IMG/VR virus record: IMGVR_UViG_2925939204_000003
Coordinates: 1-32,291 of that record
DNA length: 32,291 nt
DNA from: a virus
Taxonomy: Duplodnaviria; Heunggongvirae; Uroviricota; Caudoviricetes
Direction: 5' to 3' (one strand)
Of the stretch, positions 8,081 through 16,632 are shown one piece after another. The notes beneath the pieces were generated by a model. The model worked only from the letters and a program-made list of their open reading frames with translations, did no database searches and was not told the origin of the DNA. Within the stretch, counting starts at the first letter, position 1; every line of letters begins with the position of its first letter. The translations under genes were made by a program, and so were the position numbers.

Positions 8081-9151
8081 ATGGCTAACGCTTGGCTCAG
8101 ATTATGGCATGACATGCCAAATGACCCTAAGTGGCGAACAATTGCCAGGGTGTCAGGGCAGCCAATTGCAACAGTGATGGCAGTGTATATCCACCTCCTG
8201 GTGAGCGCGTCACGAAATGTCACGCGAGGTCACATTGATGTCACGACAGAAGATTTAGCAAGTGCGCTCGACGTGACAGAAGAGGTAATTGATTCAATTT
8301 TGCAGACGATGCAGGGGCGGGTACTTGATGGTGATTTAATCACTGGATGGGAAAAACGCCAGGTGCTTAAAGAGGACAACGGCAATATTTCGCAAACCGC
8401 AAAATCTCCGGCAGAGCGCAAGAGGGCGCAGCGAGAGAGGGAAAGAAAGCGGGAACAAAATGGCGATTGTCACGGCGCGTCACGAAATGTCACGCACATG
8501 TCACGACGAGTCACGACAGATAAAGATACAGATAAAGATACAGATCAAGAAGATCAAAACACTATGGTCCATGGCGTAAAAAACGCCACGAACCAGGCAG
8601 GGGATGTTCAGACCGTCAATCCTGGTCAGCCAGCAGGCACGACACCGGAAGCCGATTCAGCGTATGCGCTGAAAGCCGATTCGGGCGCTGTGCAGCAGGT
8701 GATGACCCCAAGGCCGGAGCAATCACACCAACTGCAGCAGCCTGAAGCCGATTCCGCCATTCAGCGGGAAGCCGATCGGGTAGTCCCGGAAAACACCGGG
8801 CTGTCTGTGGGACGAGTGGATTATCCGGATGTGTTCGAACAGGTCTGGCGGGAGTACCCGTTGCGTGCCGGAGCAAACCCGAAGAAATCCGCTTTCAGTG
8901 CCTGGAAGGCCAGATTACGCGAGGGGGTGCCACCAGAGGCCATGCTGGATGGCGTGAGGCGTTACGCAAGATACTTGGCGGCTACCGGGAAAACGGGAAC
9001 GGAATTTGTTCAGCGAGCGACGACGTTTTTTGGACCGGACCGGAATTTTGAGAACCCCTGGTTGCTCCCGGTAAGCGGCACGAACAACCAGCGTTGTGTG
9101 AATCATATTTCTGAACCGGATAACGAAATTCCGCCGGGCTTCAGGGGGTAA
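8081..9151 (+). CDS. Replication initiator (lambda O-like organisation with origin inside the gene)
   Basis: Early-right position; iteron clusters and AT-rich tract inside ORF; D/K/T-rich linker DKDTDKDTDQEDQ; ATG 8081 with SD AGAGGTGAG preferred over GTG 8075. Confidence 0.55.
   Translation: MANAWLRLWHDMPNDPKWRTIARVSGQPIATVMAVYIHLLVSASRNVTRGHIDVTTEDLASALDVTEEVIDSILQTMQGRVLDGDLITGWEKRQVLKEDNGNISQTAKSPAERKRAQRERERKREQNGDCHGASRNVTHMSRRVTTDKDTDKDTDQEDQNTMVHGVKNATNQAGDVQTVNPGQPAGTTPEADSAYALKADSGAVQQVMTPRPEQSHQLQQPEADSAIQREADRVVPENTGLSVGRVDYPDVFEQVWREYPLRAGANPKKSAFSAWKARLREGVPPEAMLDGVRRYARYLAATGKTGTEFVQRATTFFGPDRNFENPWLLPVSGTNNQRCVNHISEPDNEIPPGFRG
8209..8245. repeat. Iteron cluster 1: four GTCACG/GTCACA repeats at about 10-bp spacing
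   Basis: Repeats at 8209, 8219, 8229, 8240. Confidence 0.55.
8469..8560. repeat. Iteron cluster 2 (five GTCACG repeats) followed by AT-rich tract with direct repeat GATAAAGATACA x2; putative replication origin
   Basis: Repeats at 8469, 8479, 8489, 8500, 8510, then AT-rich 8518..8560. Confidence 0.55.
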
Positions 9152-9191
9152 GTGTTAATTTCTGGTCATGAGGTAATTTTCAGGAGGACTT

Positions 9192-9617
9192 GTGGCAAAA
9201 GTTTTTACACAAGAAGAGCGGGAAAAAATTAAAGGGCAGGTTGTTGAACTCGTACGCCGGAGTGGGCGCGAGACGTTACGGCAACTGGAAGCCAAGACAG
9301 GTGCGACAAGATATCTGATGAGCGTTCTTGCCAGAGAGCTGGTTGCCAGTGGCGATGTATACAACTCTGGTTACGGGTTATTCCCGTCTGAACAGGCGCG
9401 TAAGGACTGGCAAAATGCCCGCAAAAAACTCTCAAGGGCAAAGGTGAAGAAACCTGCAGTGGTTGATCCGGACCTTATCTGGTCGTTACCAGACGGCGAA
9501 ATACGCCGCTACGACAGGCGCCTGAATATAATCTGTCGCGAGTGCCGGAAGAGCGAAGCTATGCAGCGTGTACTGGCATTTTATCAAGGAAATGTTAGGT
9601 ATTTTAGACGTTACTAG
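9192..9617 (+). CDS. Hypothetical protein
   Basis: 141 aa ORF, GTG start with strong SD AGGAGG; no family recognised. Confidence 0.45.
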   Translation: MAKVFTQEEREKIKGQVVELVRRSGRETLRQLEAKTGATRYLMSVLARELVASGDVYNSGYGLFPSEQARKDWQNARKKLSRAKVKKPAVVDPDLIWSLPDGEIRRYDRRLNIICRECRKSEAMQRVLAFYQGNVRYFRRY

Positions 9618-9770
9618 ATTAAAGAGCATTAGTTCAGATGTGAATTGACATTTTCATGGCGCAGGGTAGAGCCAGCGTGGTTGTCCGCTTTGCGTCAAAA
9701 CCAGATATTACCAGATTTAGACATATATTCCCGATAGCCCTGCTCTGATGCTACACTCTGTGCTATTTTC

Positions 9771-10457
9771 ATGACCCCAATAAAAATATTTATGACTATT
9801 GCTGATTTCAAACGGCCTAAATTGGAGCTCCCAAACGGGGCAAACAAACTACTACTGCACTCTTGCTGTGCTCCATGTTCCGGTGAAGTGATGGAGGCGC
9901 TTCAGGCCTCGGGAATCGACTACACCATCTTTTTCTACAACCCGAACATTCATCCTCAGAAAGAGTATTTAATTCGTAAGGATGAAAATATTCGCTTTGC
10001 TGAACAACACGGCGTGCCGTTTATCGATGCTGATTACGACACCGACAACTGGTTTGAACGTGCCAAAGGAATGGAATGGGAGCCTGAGAGGGGGATCCGT
10101 TGTACCATGTGTTTTGACATGCGTTTTGAGCGGACAGCGTTGTACGCTGCTGAAAATGGTTTCAGTGTGATCAGCAGTTCACTGGGCATTTCACGCTGGA
10201 AAAATATGCAGCAGGTTAACGAGTGTGGGCGGCGAGCTGTTGCGCATTATCCGGGTATGGTGTACTGGGATTATAACTGGCGCAAGCAGGGCGGCTCGTC
10301 CCGTATGATTGAAATCAGCAAGCGCGAAAAATTCTATCAGCAGGAATATTGTGGCTGTGTGTATTCTCTGCGCGATACCAATCTACACCGCAAATCTCAG
10401 GGACGCCCTCTTATCAAAATTGGCCAACTCCACTACGGAAAAGAAGAGAAGGAGTGA
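9771..10457 (+). CDS. DUF208 family protein, epoxyqueuosine reductase QueH-like
   Basis: Motifs [44 protein letters not shown] match recalled QueH Cys pattern; start may be the second Met (9792). Confidence 0.6.
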   Translation: MTPIKIFMTIADFKRPKLELPNGANKLLLHSCCAPCSGEVMEALQASGIDYTIFFYNPNIHPQKEYLIRKDENIRFAEQHGVPFIDADYDTDNWFERAKGMEWEPERGIRCTMCFDMRFERTALYAAENGFSVISSSLGISRWKNMQQVNECGRRAVAHYPGMVYWDYNWRKQGGSSRMIEISKREKFYQQEYCGCVYSLRDTNLHRKSQGRPLIKIGQLHYGKEEKE

Positions 10458-10584
10458 TTTTATGGATCACCTTTCTGATTGATTTCATATTGGCGAGGTG
10501 ACGTGAGTTAAGTAGAATGGCTGCGGGTGCTTGAGGCTATCTGTCTCAGGCATGAACACTGAAAGGCAGATAGAGAAAAGCCCC

Positions 10585-10646
10585 AGTTAACATTACGCGT
10601 CCGGCAAGACGCTTAACATTAATCTGAGGCTCAATCTATGAACGGC
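10585..10646 (-). ncRNA. Predicted Sok-like antisense RNA of the hok locus
   Basis: Minus-strand promoter -35 TTGCCT (10676..10681) and -10 TAACCT (10653..10658) at 17-bp spacing, placed as in plasmid R1 hok/sok; extent of RNA approximate. Confidence 0.3.
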
Positions 10647-10694
10647 AAATCTAGGTTAGCCTCTTACGTGCCGAAAGGCAAGGAGAAGCAGGCT

Positions 10695-10850
10695 ATGAAG
10701 CAGCAAAAGGCGATGTTAATCGCCCTGATCGTCATCTGTTTAACCGTCATTGTGACGGCACTGGTAACGAGGAAAGACCTCTGCGAGGTACGAATCCGAA
10801 CCGGCCAGACGGAGGTCACTGTCTTCACAGCTTACGAACCTGAGGAGTAA
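10695..10850 (+). CDS. hok: Hok-family type I toxin (51 aa)
   Basis: MKQQKAMLIALIVICLTVIVTALVTRKDLCEVRIRTGQTEVTVFTAYEPEE matches Hok (HokD/RelF-like); SD AAGGAGAAG; conserved upstream leader motif TAGCCTCTTAC. Confidence 0.75.
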   Translation: MKQQKAMLIALIVICLTVIVTALVTRKDLCEVRIRTGQTEVTVFTAYEPEE

Positions 10851-10993
10851 GAGACCAGGCGGGGGAGAAATCCCTCGCCACCTCTGATGTGTCAGGCATC
10901 CTCAACGCACCCGCACTTAACCCGCTTCGGCGTTTTTTCCGTTGATTAACTCTAGTTATTAGAGAACCGAACTTTTATTGATGGGGCAGGGAG

Positions 10994-11386
10994 ATGAAGA
11001 AACTTGTTTTAGTCGCAGGTGTAATGATTGCAACAGTAATGTTGGGAGGGTGTGCAGCAAAGGTCGATCCAGCGTTGAAAGCAGAAGCAATGAAGCCACT
11101 AACATGTAATGATGAAAAGCAATGTGACTTTTATTGGAAACGAGCGCAATTCTGGTTGGCTAATAATTCCTCATGGAAAATTCAAACGGCGACAGACACG
11201 CTAATTTCCACTTATAATCCCTCTCCAAATAGTCCATTCCTCGCTTATCAGGTGAGTAAAATGCCAAATGAAGATGGATCCTCAAGAATTTTCATCAAGC
11301 CTTTTTGCGATAATATGTTTGGCTGTCAACCAAACCCCTATCAGGCAGTTGTTTCCTTTAAAAACTTCGTTAAAACAGGGCAGTAG
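10994..11386 (+). CDS. Putative lipoprotein, unknown function (cargo gene)
   Basis: Signal peptide with lipobox MLGG-C; AT-rich relative to neighbours. Confidence 0.6.
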   Translation: MKKLVLVAGVMIATVMLGGCAAKVDPALKAEAMKPLTCNDEKQCDFYWKRAQFWLANNSSWKIQTATDTLISTYNPSPNSPFLAYQVSKMPNEDGSSRIFIKPFCDNMFGCQPNPYQAVVSFKNFVKTGQ

Positions 11387-11585
11387 TGTATAGCTTGGAC
11401 GATAAATTATTAGTGAAAACGCCGTAAACCCTCACCCAATGTGGACTAAGTCTATCAAACATGACTGTGATGATTAGTCCGTAGTTGTTGCCTATGAAAT
11501 CTGGATTGAGTCAGGGTTTAATCCAATAATTATTCTATCGTTCCTTTACAAGTCCGGTATATTACTTTCAGTTTGTTTTAGCATA

Positions 11586-11610
11586 CCCGCTTCGGCGGGT
11601 TTTGTTTTTT
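11586..11610 (+). terminator. Intrinsic terminator
   Basis: CCCGC-TTCG-GCGGG followed by TTTTGTTTTTT. Confidence 0.6.
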
Positions 11611-11682
11611 CCTGGCATTCTGGTTTACAATTCGCACGCCAGCCTGAACAACTGGCACCTGCTGCGCCAGCAGAGACAACCG

Positions 11683-11961
11683 ATGGCGCACGATACCAAA
11701 TTACACAATTCTGATGATTCTGCCGTCTTTGCCAGCAGGCACGGGCGGCGTTCCCGCACTTTCAAATCTGACTGGTTCCAGCATGACCCATGTACTGAAG
11801 AACAGGCCGAATGGCTAATTCATAACTATCGCAGACGCGGATACGAGATTAAGAAAGCCCTCAGCCTCGATTATCGTCACTGGATAATCTATGTCAGGCT
11901 CCCTTATTCCGAACGCCCACCGCGCCCATCCCGCACATACCAGCAACGGATCTGGAGGTAA
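11683..11961 (+). CDS. Hypothetical protein, translationally coupled to downstream DUF968 gene
   Basis: ORF 11602..11961; internal Met chosen; stop 2 nt before downstream GTG start; start uncertain. Confidence 0.35.
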   Translation: MAHDTKLHNSDDSAVFASRHGRRSRTFKSDWFQHDPCTEEQAEWLIHNYRRRGYEIKKALSLDYRHWIIYVRLPYSERPPRPSRTYQQRIWR

Positions 11962-11962
11962 C

Positions 11963-13012
11963 GTGCGGATATTACTTCGACCTGTTCTGGTACCGGAACT
12001 CGGGCTGGTGGTCCTTAGGCCGGGCCGTGAATCCATGCAAGTATTTCATAACCCTCGAGTGCTGGTGGAGCCTGAACCGAAAAGCATGCGCGGTCTGCCG
12101 TCCGGAGTCGTCCCTGCCGTTCGCCAGCCGCTGGCGGAGGATAAATCATTACTGCCATTTTTCAGCGATGAGCGGGTGATTCGTGCTGCTGGCGGCGCTG
12201 GGGCACTGTCTGACTGGCTGTTGCGTCATGTCAAATCCTGCCAGTGGCCTCATGGTGACTATCATCACAGTGAAATCGTCATACATCGTTACGGTACCGG
12301 CGCGATGGTGTTGTGCTGGCACTGCGACAACCAGTTGCGTGACCAGACATCCGAATCACTCGGGCAACTTGCTCATCAAAACCTGTCAGCATGGATGATT
12401 GACGTCATACGCCATGCAATGAATGGCACGCAGGAGCGGGAATTGTCGCTGGCTGAATTATCCTGGTGGGCGGTCTGCAATCAGGTGGCGGACGCGCTTC
12501 CGGAGGCAGTATTACGTCGTTCTCTGGGGTTACGTGCGGAAAAAATCCGCTCCTTGTACCGCGAAAGCGACATCGTACCGGGAGAGCAGACCGCCACCAG
12601 CATACTGAAGCAGCGCACAAAAAATCTTGCGCCGTTGCCTCATGCCCACCAGCAACAGAACCCACCACAGGAAAAGACGGTGGTATGCATCACCGTTGAT
12701 CCGGAGTCTCCGGAATCTTTCATGAGGCGACCTAAACGTCGCCGTTGGGTAAATGAGAAATATACGCGCTGGGTGAAGACACAGCCGTGTGCGTGTTGTG
12801 GTCAGCCAGCCGACGATCCCCATCACCTGATTGGTCACGGTCAGGGAGGGATGGGAACAAAGGCCCACGATATTTTCACGCTACCGTTGTGCCGGGAACA
12901 TCACAACGAACTTCATGCGGATCCGCTGGCGTTCGAAGAAAAGCATGGTTCCCAGGTTGATTTAATTTTTCGTTTTCTTGATCACGCCTTTGCAACCGGC
13001 GTGCTCGGGTAA
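11963..13012 (+). CDS. DUF968 family phage protein (YdfU-like) with C-terminal HNH-like Cys/His motif
   Basis: GTG start with SD GGAGG gives 349 aa; C-terminal CACCGQPADDPHH..CREHHNELH; upstream part of the track ORF overlaps the previous gene. Confidence 0.55.
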   Translation: MRILLRPVLVPELGLVVLRPGRESMQVFHNPRVLVEPEPKSMRGLPSGVVPAVRQPLAEDKSLLPFFSDERVIRAAGGAGALSDWLLRHVKSCQWPHGDYHHSEIVIHRYGTGAMVLCWHCDNQLRDQTSESLGQLAHQNLSAWMIDVIRHAMNGTQERELSLAELSWWAVCNQVADALPEAVLRRSLGLRAEKIRSLYRESDIVPGEQTATSILKQRTKNLAPLPHAHQQQNPPQEKTVVCITVDPESPESFMRRPKRRRWVNEKYTRWVKTQPCACCGQPADDPHHLIGHGQGGMGTKAHDIFTLPLCREHHNELHADPLAFEEKHGSQVDLIFRFLDHAFATGVLG

Positions 13013-13024
13013 AAGAGGTTACTG

Positions 13025-13384
13025 ATGCGTATAGAGTTTGTTTTGCCTTATCCGCCGACGGTGAATACTTACTGGCGACGTCGTGGCAACACATATTTTG
13101 TATCAAAAGTCGGTGAGCGTTATCGCCGTGATGTGGCACTAATTGTTCGCCAGCAGCGGTTGAAATTAAACCTGTCCGGAAGGCTGGCAATAAAAATTAT
13201 TGCAGAGCCACCGGATAAGCGCCGCCGCGACCTGGACAATATCCTGAAGGCACCACTGGATGCGCTGACGCATGCCGGACTTCTCATAGACGACGAGCAG
13301 TTTGATGAAATCAATATTGTGCGCGGACTGCCTGTTCCTGGTGGTCGGCTGGGGATAAAAATCACAGAACTGGAGTGCGCATGA
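13025..13384 (+). CDS. rusA: Holliday junction resolvase RusA
   Basis: 119 aa with RRRDLDN catalytic motif, LPxPPSxN N-terminus and GGRL C-terminal motif. Confidence 0.8.
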   Translation: MRIEFVLPYPPTVNTYWRRRGNTYFVSKVGERYRRDVALIVRQQRLKLNLSGRLAIKIIAEPPDKRRRDLDNILKAPLDALTHAGLLIDDEQFDEINIVRGLPVPGGRLGIKITELECA

Positions 13385-14070
13385 ATAACCAGTATTTACA
13401 GTTTGTGCGTGAGCAGCTCATTATCGCTACCGCTGATTTGAGTGGGGCAACAAAAGGTCAGCTTGAAGCCTGGCAGGAGAATGCCATGTTTGATACAGGG
13501 CGTTACAGGCGTAAAAAAATCCGGTACCACGATGAAGTGACTGGAAGAATGATAACGCGGGATAGTCCACCGATACCGGGAAAACAATCACTGGCGAAAG
13601 GCTCATCAATTGCTCTGGTAAGTCAGGTTGAGTTTTCGACATCATCATGGCGACGGGCAGTTCTGTCTCTTGAAGAACATCATAAAGCCTGGTTGTTGTG
13701 GTGTTACAGCGGGAGTATTTGTTGGGAATATCAGATCGCGATAACACAGTGGGCGTGGAATGAATTTAATACTCAATCCGGTACCAGAAAAATTGCAGGG
13801 AAAACGCAGGAACGCCTGAAAAAATTAATCTGGCTGGCGGCGCAGGCAGTAAAAGCAGAACTTTTTGGTGGGGAAGGTTATGAATACCAGGAGCTGGCAT
13901 TACTGGCGGGAGTGACAACTAAAAACTGGTCCAAAACATTTACTCGTCACTGGGTTGCAATGAAACACATTTTTCACCGACTTGATAGTGAGGCTTTATT
14001 GTTTGTAATGAGAACACGTTCAAAACAAAAGGCGGCATTTTCAAAGCAAAGTGTTGCAAAAGTAGATTGA
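13381..14070 (+). CDS. Putative late-gene regulator at the Q antiterminator position
   Basis: Positional only: directly downstream of rusA, start overlaps rusA stop, immediately upstream of pR'/tR'-like elements and lysis genes; no recognised Q motif. Confidence 0.45.
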   Translation: MNNQYLQFVREQLIIATADLSGATKGQLEAWQENAMFDTGRYRRKKIRYHDEVTGRMITRDSPPIPGKQSLAKGSSIALVSQVEFSTSSWRRAVLSLEEHHKAWLLWCYSGSICWEYQIAITQWAWNEFNTQSGTRKIAGKTQERLKKLIWLAAQAVKAELFGGEGYEYQELALLAGVTTKNWSKTFTRHWVAMKHIFHRLDSEALLFVMRTRSKQKAAFSKQSVAKVD

Positions 14071-14082
14071 AAGGCATATATT
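14054..14082 (+). promoter_or_regulatory. Candidate late promoter pR': -35 TTGCAA, 17-bp spacer, -10 TATATT
   Basis: Near-consensus sigma70 promoter spanning the end of the Q-position gene. Confidence 0.5.
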
Positions 14083-14135
14083 TCATGCAAATCTGATATT
14101 TTGCCGATTTTGTACGTGATGGCAAAAGCAAACAA

Positions 14136-14160
14136 AACCCGCCCACAAGCGGGTTTTTTG
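14136..14160 (+). terminator. Intrinsic terminator (tR'-like)
   Basis: AACCCGC-ccacaa-GCGGGTT followed by TTTTTT, about 55 nt downstream of the candidate pR' start. Confidence 0.6.
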
Positions 14161-14264
14161 TGCCACTTATCTCGGATAGACATGGTGAATGCGCTGGTGG
14201 AGGAGATAAGGGTGATTTTTGAATGCTTGCAACATTGATTTCGTAACGTTATTATCCTGCGCCC

Positions 14265-14340
14265 GGCCCTTTAGCTCAGTGGTGAGAGCGAGCGACTCAT
14301 AATCGCCAGGTCGCTGGTTCAAATCCAGCAAGGGCCACCA
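14265..14340 (+). tRNA. tRNA-Ile2 (anticodon CAU, lysidine type; ileX/ileZ-like)
   Basis: Clean cloverleaf; anticodon loop CUCAUAA; close to recalled E. coli ileX sequence. Confidence 0.8.
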
Positions 14341-14341
14341 G

Positions 14342-14418
14342 CCGCCACTAGCTCATCAGGAAAGAGCGTCAACCCTTTAAGTTGAGTGTGCGAGGTTCGA
14401 GTCCCCGGTGGCGGTCCA
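14342..14418 (+). tRNA. tRNA-like gene, anticodon ambiguous (loop CCUUUAA, nominal UUU); possibly degenerate
   Basis: Acceptor, D and anticodon stems pair; position 33 is C not U; one A-C mismatch in T-stem. Confidence 0.45.
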
Positions 14419-14420
14419 GT

Positions 14421-14496
<76 letters not shown>

Positions 14497-14499
14497 TAT

Positions 14500-14574
<75 letters not shown>

Positions 14575-14580
14575 GTTAGA

Positions 14581-14626
14581 GTCTTTCAGTCTGCGATGAT
14601 GGGAAATCCCGGAGTGACTGAAAGAC
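14581..14626 (+). other. Hairpin: 11-bp perfect inverted repeat GTCTTTCAGTC / GACTGAAAGAC with 24-nt loop containing an inner GGGA/TCCC stem
   Basis: Seen directly, just after tRNA-Gly. Confidence 0.5.
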
Positions 14627-14633
14627 GTTTAAG

Positions 14634-14706
14634 TTATGAATGATCGCCTTTTTTTGCAAAATTGCTGTGCAGAAATACTAACCTTCGGGCAGGCGATCAT
14701 TCATAA
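14634..14706 (+). other. 15-bp perfect inverted repeat TTATGAATGATCGCC / GGCGATCATTCATAA separated by 43 nt
   Basis: Seen directly in non-coding region between tRNAs and holin. Confidence 0.5.
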
Positions 14707-14866
14707 GCACTCTGCTTTTATTCCGATTAACTGTGGGTGGTTTGTTGGATAGAGTGCTTTCCTTTCTGTATATATCGTTTCGCCCGCTTTTGCGGTTTTT
14801 TCTTTTCAAATCCCTTTCATTTCTCAGTGTAAAACTACGCCATCCGTTATTTGCGGAGGTGAGGCT

Positions 14867-15082
14867 ATGAAATCCATGGACAAAATTTCAACGGGCATTG
14901 CCTACGGCACCTCCGCAGGCAGTGCTGGCTACTGGTTTTTACAGTGGCTTGATCAGGTCAGTCCGTCACAGTGGGCTGCGATTGGTGTACTGGGGAGTCT
15001 GGTTCTGGGCTTCCTGACTTATCTGACAAATCTGTACTTCAAAATCAGAGAAGACAAGCGTAAGGCTGCACGGGGAGAGTAA
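14867..15082 (+). CDS. S: Class II holin, phage 21 S21 pinholin type, dual-start (antiholin from M1, holin from M4 at 14876)
   Basis: [29 protein letters not shown].. matches recalled S21; two TM segments; Met-Lys-Ser-Met dual start. Confidence 0.8.
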   Translation: MKSMDKISTGIAYGTSAGSAGYWFLQWLDQVSPSQWAAIGVLGSLVLGFLTYLTNLYFKIREDKRKAARGE

Positions 15083-15086
15083 TTCA

Positions 15087-15401
15087 ATGACTCAAAACTA
15101 TGAACTGATTGTGAAAGGGATCCGCAATTTTGAGAATAAAGTTACGGTAACTTTAGCGTTACGGGACAAAAAACGCTTTGACGGTGAAATTTTTGGCTTG
15201 GACATCTCGCTGGACCGTGTTGAAGGTGCCGCGCTGGAGTTTTATGAGGCAGCAGCCAGAAGGAGCATCAGACAGGTCTTCCTGGATGTTGCTGCCGGGT
15301 TATGTGAAGGGGACGAGCTGTTGCCAGAAACGCGCCCCTGTTCAGAGGCGCGGTATACCATAAAAATTAACAGTTCTGATAACTCGATTACAGGTTGTTA
15401 G
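15087..15401 (+). CDS. Hypothetical protein inserted between holin and endolysin
   Basis: 104 aa ORF with SD GGAGAG 8 nt upstream; no recognised family. Confidence 0.5.
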   Translation: MTQNYELIVKGIRNFENKVTVTLALRDKKRFDGEIFGLDISLDRVEGAALEFYEAAARRSIRQVFLDVAAGLCEGDELLPETRPCSEARYTIKINSSDNSITGC

Positions 15402-15456
15402 CTTTTTGCAGTTGGCTTTCCAGTATCTTTCATTGGTAGCATCCTGATAAATATCC

Positions 15457-15990
15457 ATGAGCGCAAAAATCAAATACGGCCTGTCAGCTGCTGTTCTGGC
15501 GCTGATTGCTGCAGGCGCGTCTGCTCCTCAAATACTTGACCAGTTTCTGGATGAAAAAGAGGGTAACCACACTACGGCATACCGCGATGGTTCCGGTATA
15601 TGGACCATCTGTCGTGGTGCCACAATGGTGGATGGTAAGCCCGTCATACCGGGAATGAAGCTGTCGAAGGAAAAATGCGACCAGGTTAACGCTATTGAAC
15701 GTGATAAGGCGCTGGCATGGGTGGAGCGCAATATTAAAGTACCACTGACCGAACCACAGAAAGCGGGTATAGCGTCATTCTGTCCCTATAACATTGGCCC
15801 CGGTAAGTGTTTCCCGTCGACGTTTTATAAGCGGCTGAATGCCGGTGATCGTAAGGGCGCATGCGAGGCGATTCGCTGGTGGATAAAAGATGGTGGGCGC
15901 GATTGCCGCATACGTTCAAATAACTGCTATGGACAGGTTATTCGTCGTGACCAGGAAAGCGCATTAGCCTGTTGGGGGATAGATCAGTGA
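15457..15990 (+). CDS. R: SAR (signal-anchor-release) endolysin, lysozyme family
   Basis: N-terminal Ala/Gly-rich segment [17 protein letters not shown] followed by lysozyme-like domain; pairs with pinholin. Confidence 0.8.
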   Translation: MSAKIKYGLSAAVLALIAAGASAPQILDQFLDEKEGNHTTAYRDGSGIWTICRGATMVDGKPVIPGMKLSKEKCDQVNAIERDKALAWVERNIKVPLTEPQKAGIASFCPYNIGPGKCFPSTFYKRLNAGDRKGACEAIRWWIKDGGRDCRIRSNNCYGQVIRRDQESALACWGIDQ

Positions 15991-16454
15991 GCAGAGTCGC
16001 AGCGATTATTTATACTCTGGTTATCTGCACCATCGTCTGCCTGTCGTGGGCGGTCAATCATTACCGTGATAACGCCATCGCCTACAAAGAACAGCGTGAT
16101 AAAAAAGTCAGTGAGCTGAAGCAGGCGACTGCCACCATCGCTGACATGCAACAGCGTCAGCGTGATGTTGCTGCGCTCGATGCAAAGTACTCGAGAGAAT
16201 TAGCCAATGCGAAAGCTGAAAATGAAACTCTGCGCGCTGATGTTGCCGCTGGTCGTAAGCGCCTGCGGGTCAATGCCAGTTGCTCCGCAGCCGTGCGTGA
16301 AGCCACCGGACCCACCAGCGTGGATAATGCAACCAGCCCCCGACTGGCAGACACCGCTGAACGGGATTATTTCACCCTCAGAGAACGGTTGATGACGATG
16401 CAGAAGCAACTGGAAGGGGCACAGCTATACATTCGTGAGCAATGTCTCAGATAA
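15987..16454 (+). CDS. Rz: Rz-like inner-membrane spanin
   Basis: GTG start overlapping endolysin stop (GTGA) with SD GGGGGA; N-terminal TM then coiled-coil-like region. Confidence 0.7.
   Translation: MSRVAAIIYTLVICTIVCLSWAVNHYRDNAIAYKEQRDKKVSELKQATATIADMQQRQRDVAALDAKYSRELANAKAENETLRADVAAGRKRLRVNASCSAAVREATGPTSVDNATSPRLADTAERDYFTLRERLMTMQKQLEGAQLYIREQCLR
16207..16392 (+). CDS. Rz1: Rz1-like outer-membrane lipoprotein spanin embedded in Rz in +1 frame
   Basis: Lipobox VVSA-C and Pro-rich mature region; entirely inside Rz. Confidence 0.65.
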   Translation: MRKLKMKLCALMLPLVVSACGSMPVAPQPCVKPPDPPAWIMQPAPDWQTPLNGIISPSENG

Positions 16455-16594
16455 AAAACGGCCAAGGATAATCCGCTAAAGATTCGCCGGTGGCGAAAGA
16501 GAGCCAAGGTGTCAACCTACGCTATTACTTATGATAATGCAACAGACGAAGCGGGACATTCAGGTGCATAACAAAGCGTGGCAGGTGAACTGCA

Positions 16595-16622
16595 AACCTG
16601 AAAAGGCGCAAAAATCTGCGCC
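16595..16622 (-). terminator. Intrinsic terminator downstream of GNAT gene (minus strand)
   Basis: GGCGCA-gattt-TGCGCC followed by TTTTCAGGTTT on minus strand. Confidence 0.5.
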
Positions 16623-16632
16623 AGAATGGTAG

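Noticed and set aside
8205-8560. Short regularly spaced repeats considered as a CRISPR array
   Set aside because: Repeats are 6 bp at 10-bp spacing inside a coding region with no spacer-like unique segments; these are replication iterons
12035-13012. Alternative ATG start (MQVFHNPRV) for the DUF968 gene
   Set aside because: GTG at 11963 has a GGAGG SD and abuts the upstream stop; the ATG remains a possible alternative
14575-14866. Possible Shiga toxin or other cargo gene between tRNAs and holin
   Set aside because: Only about 290 bp with no ORF of useful length; the region is non-coding
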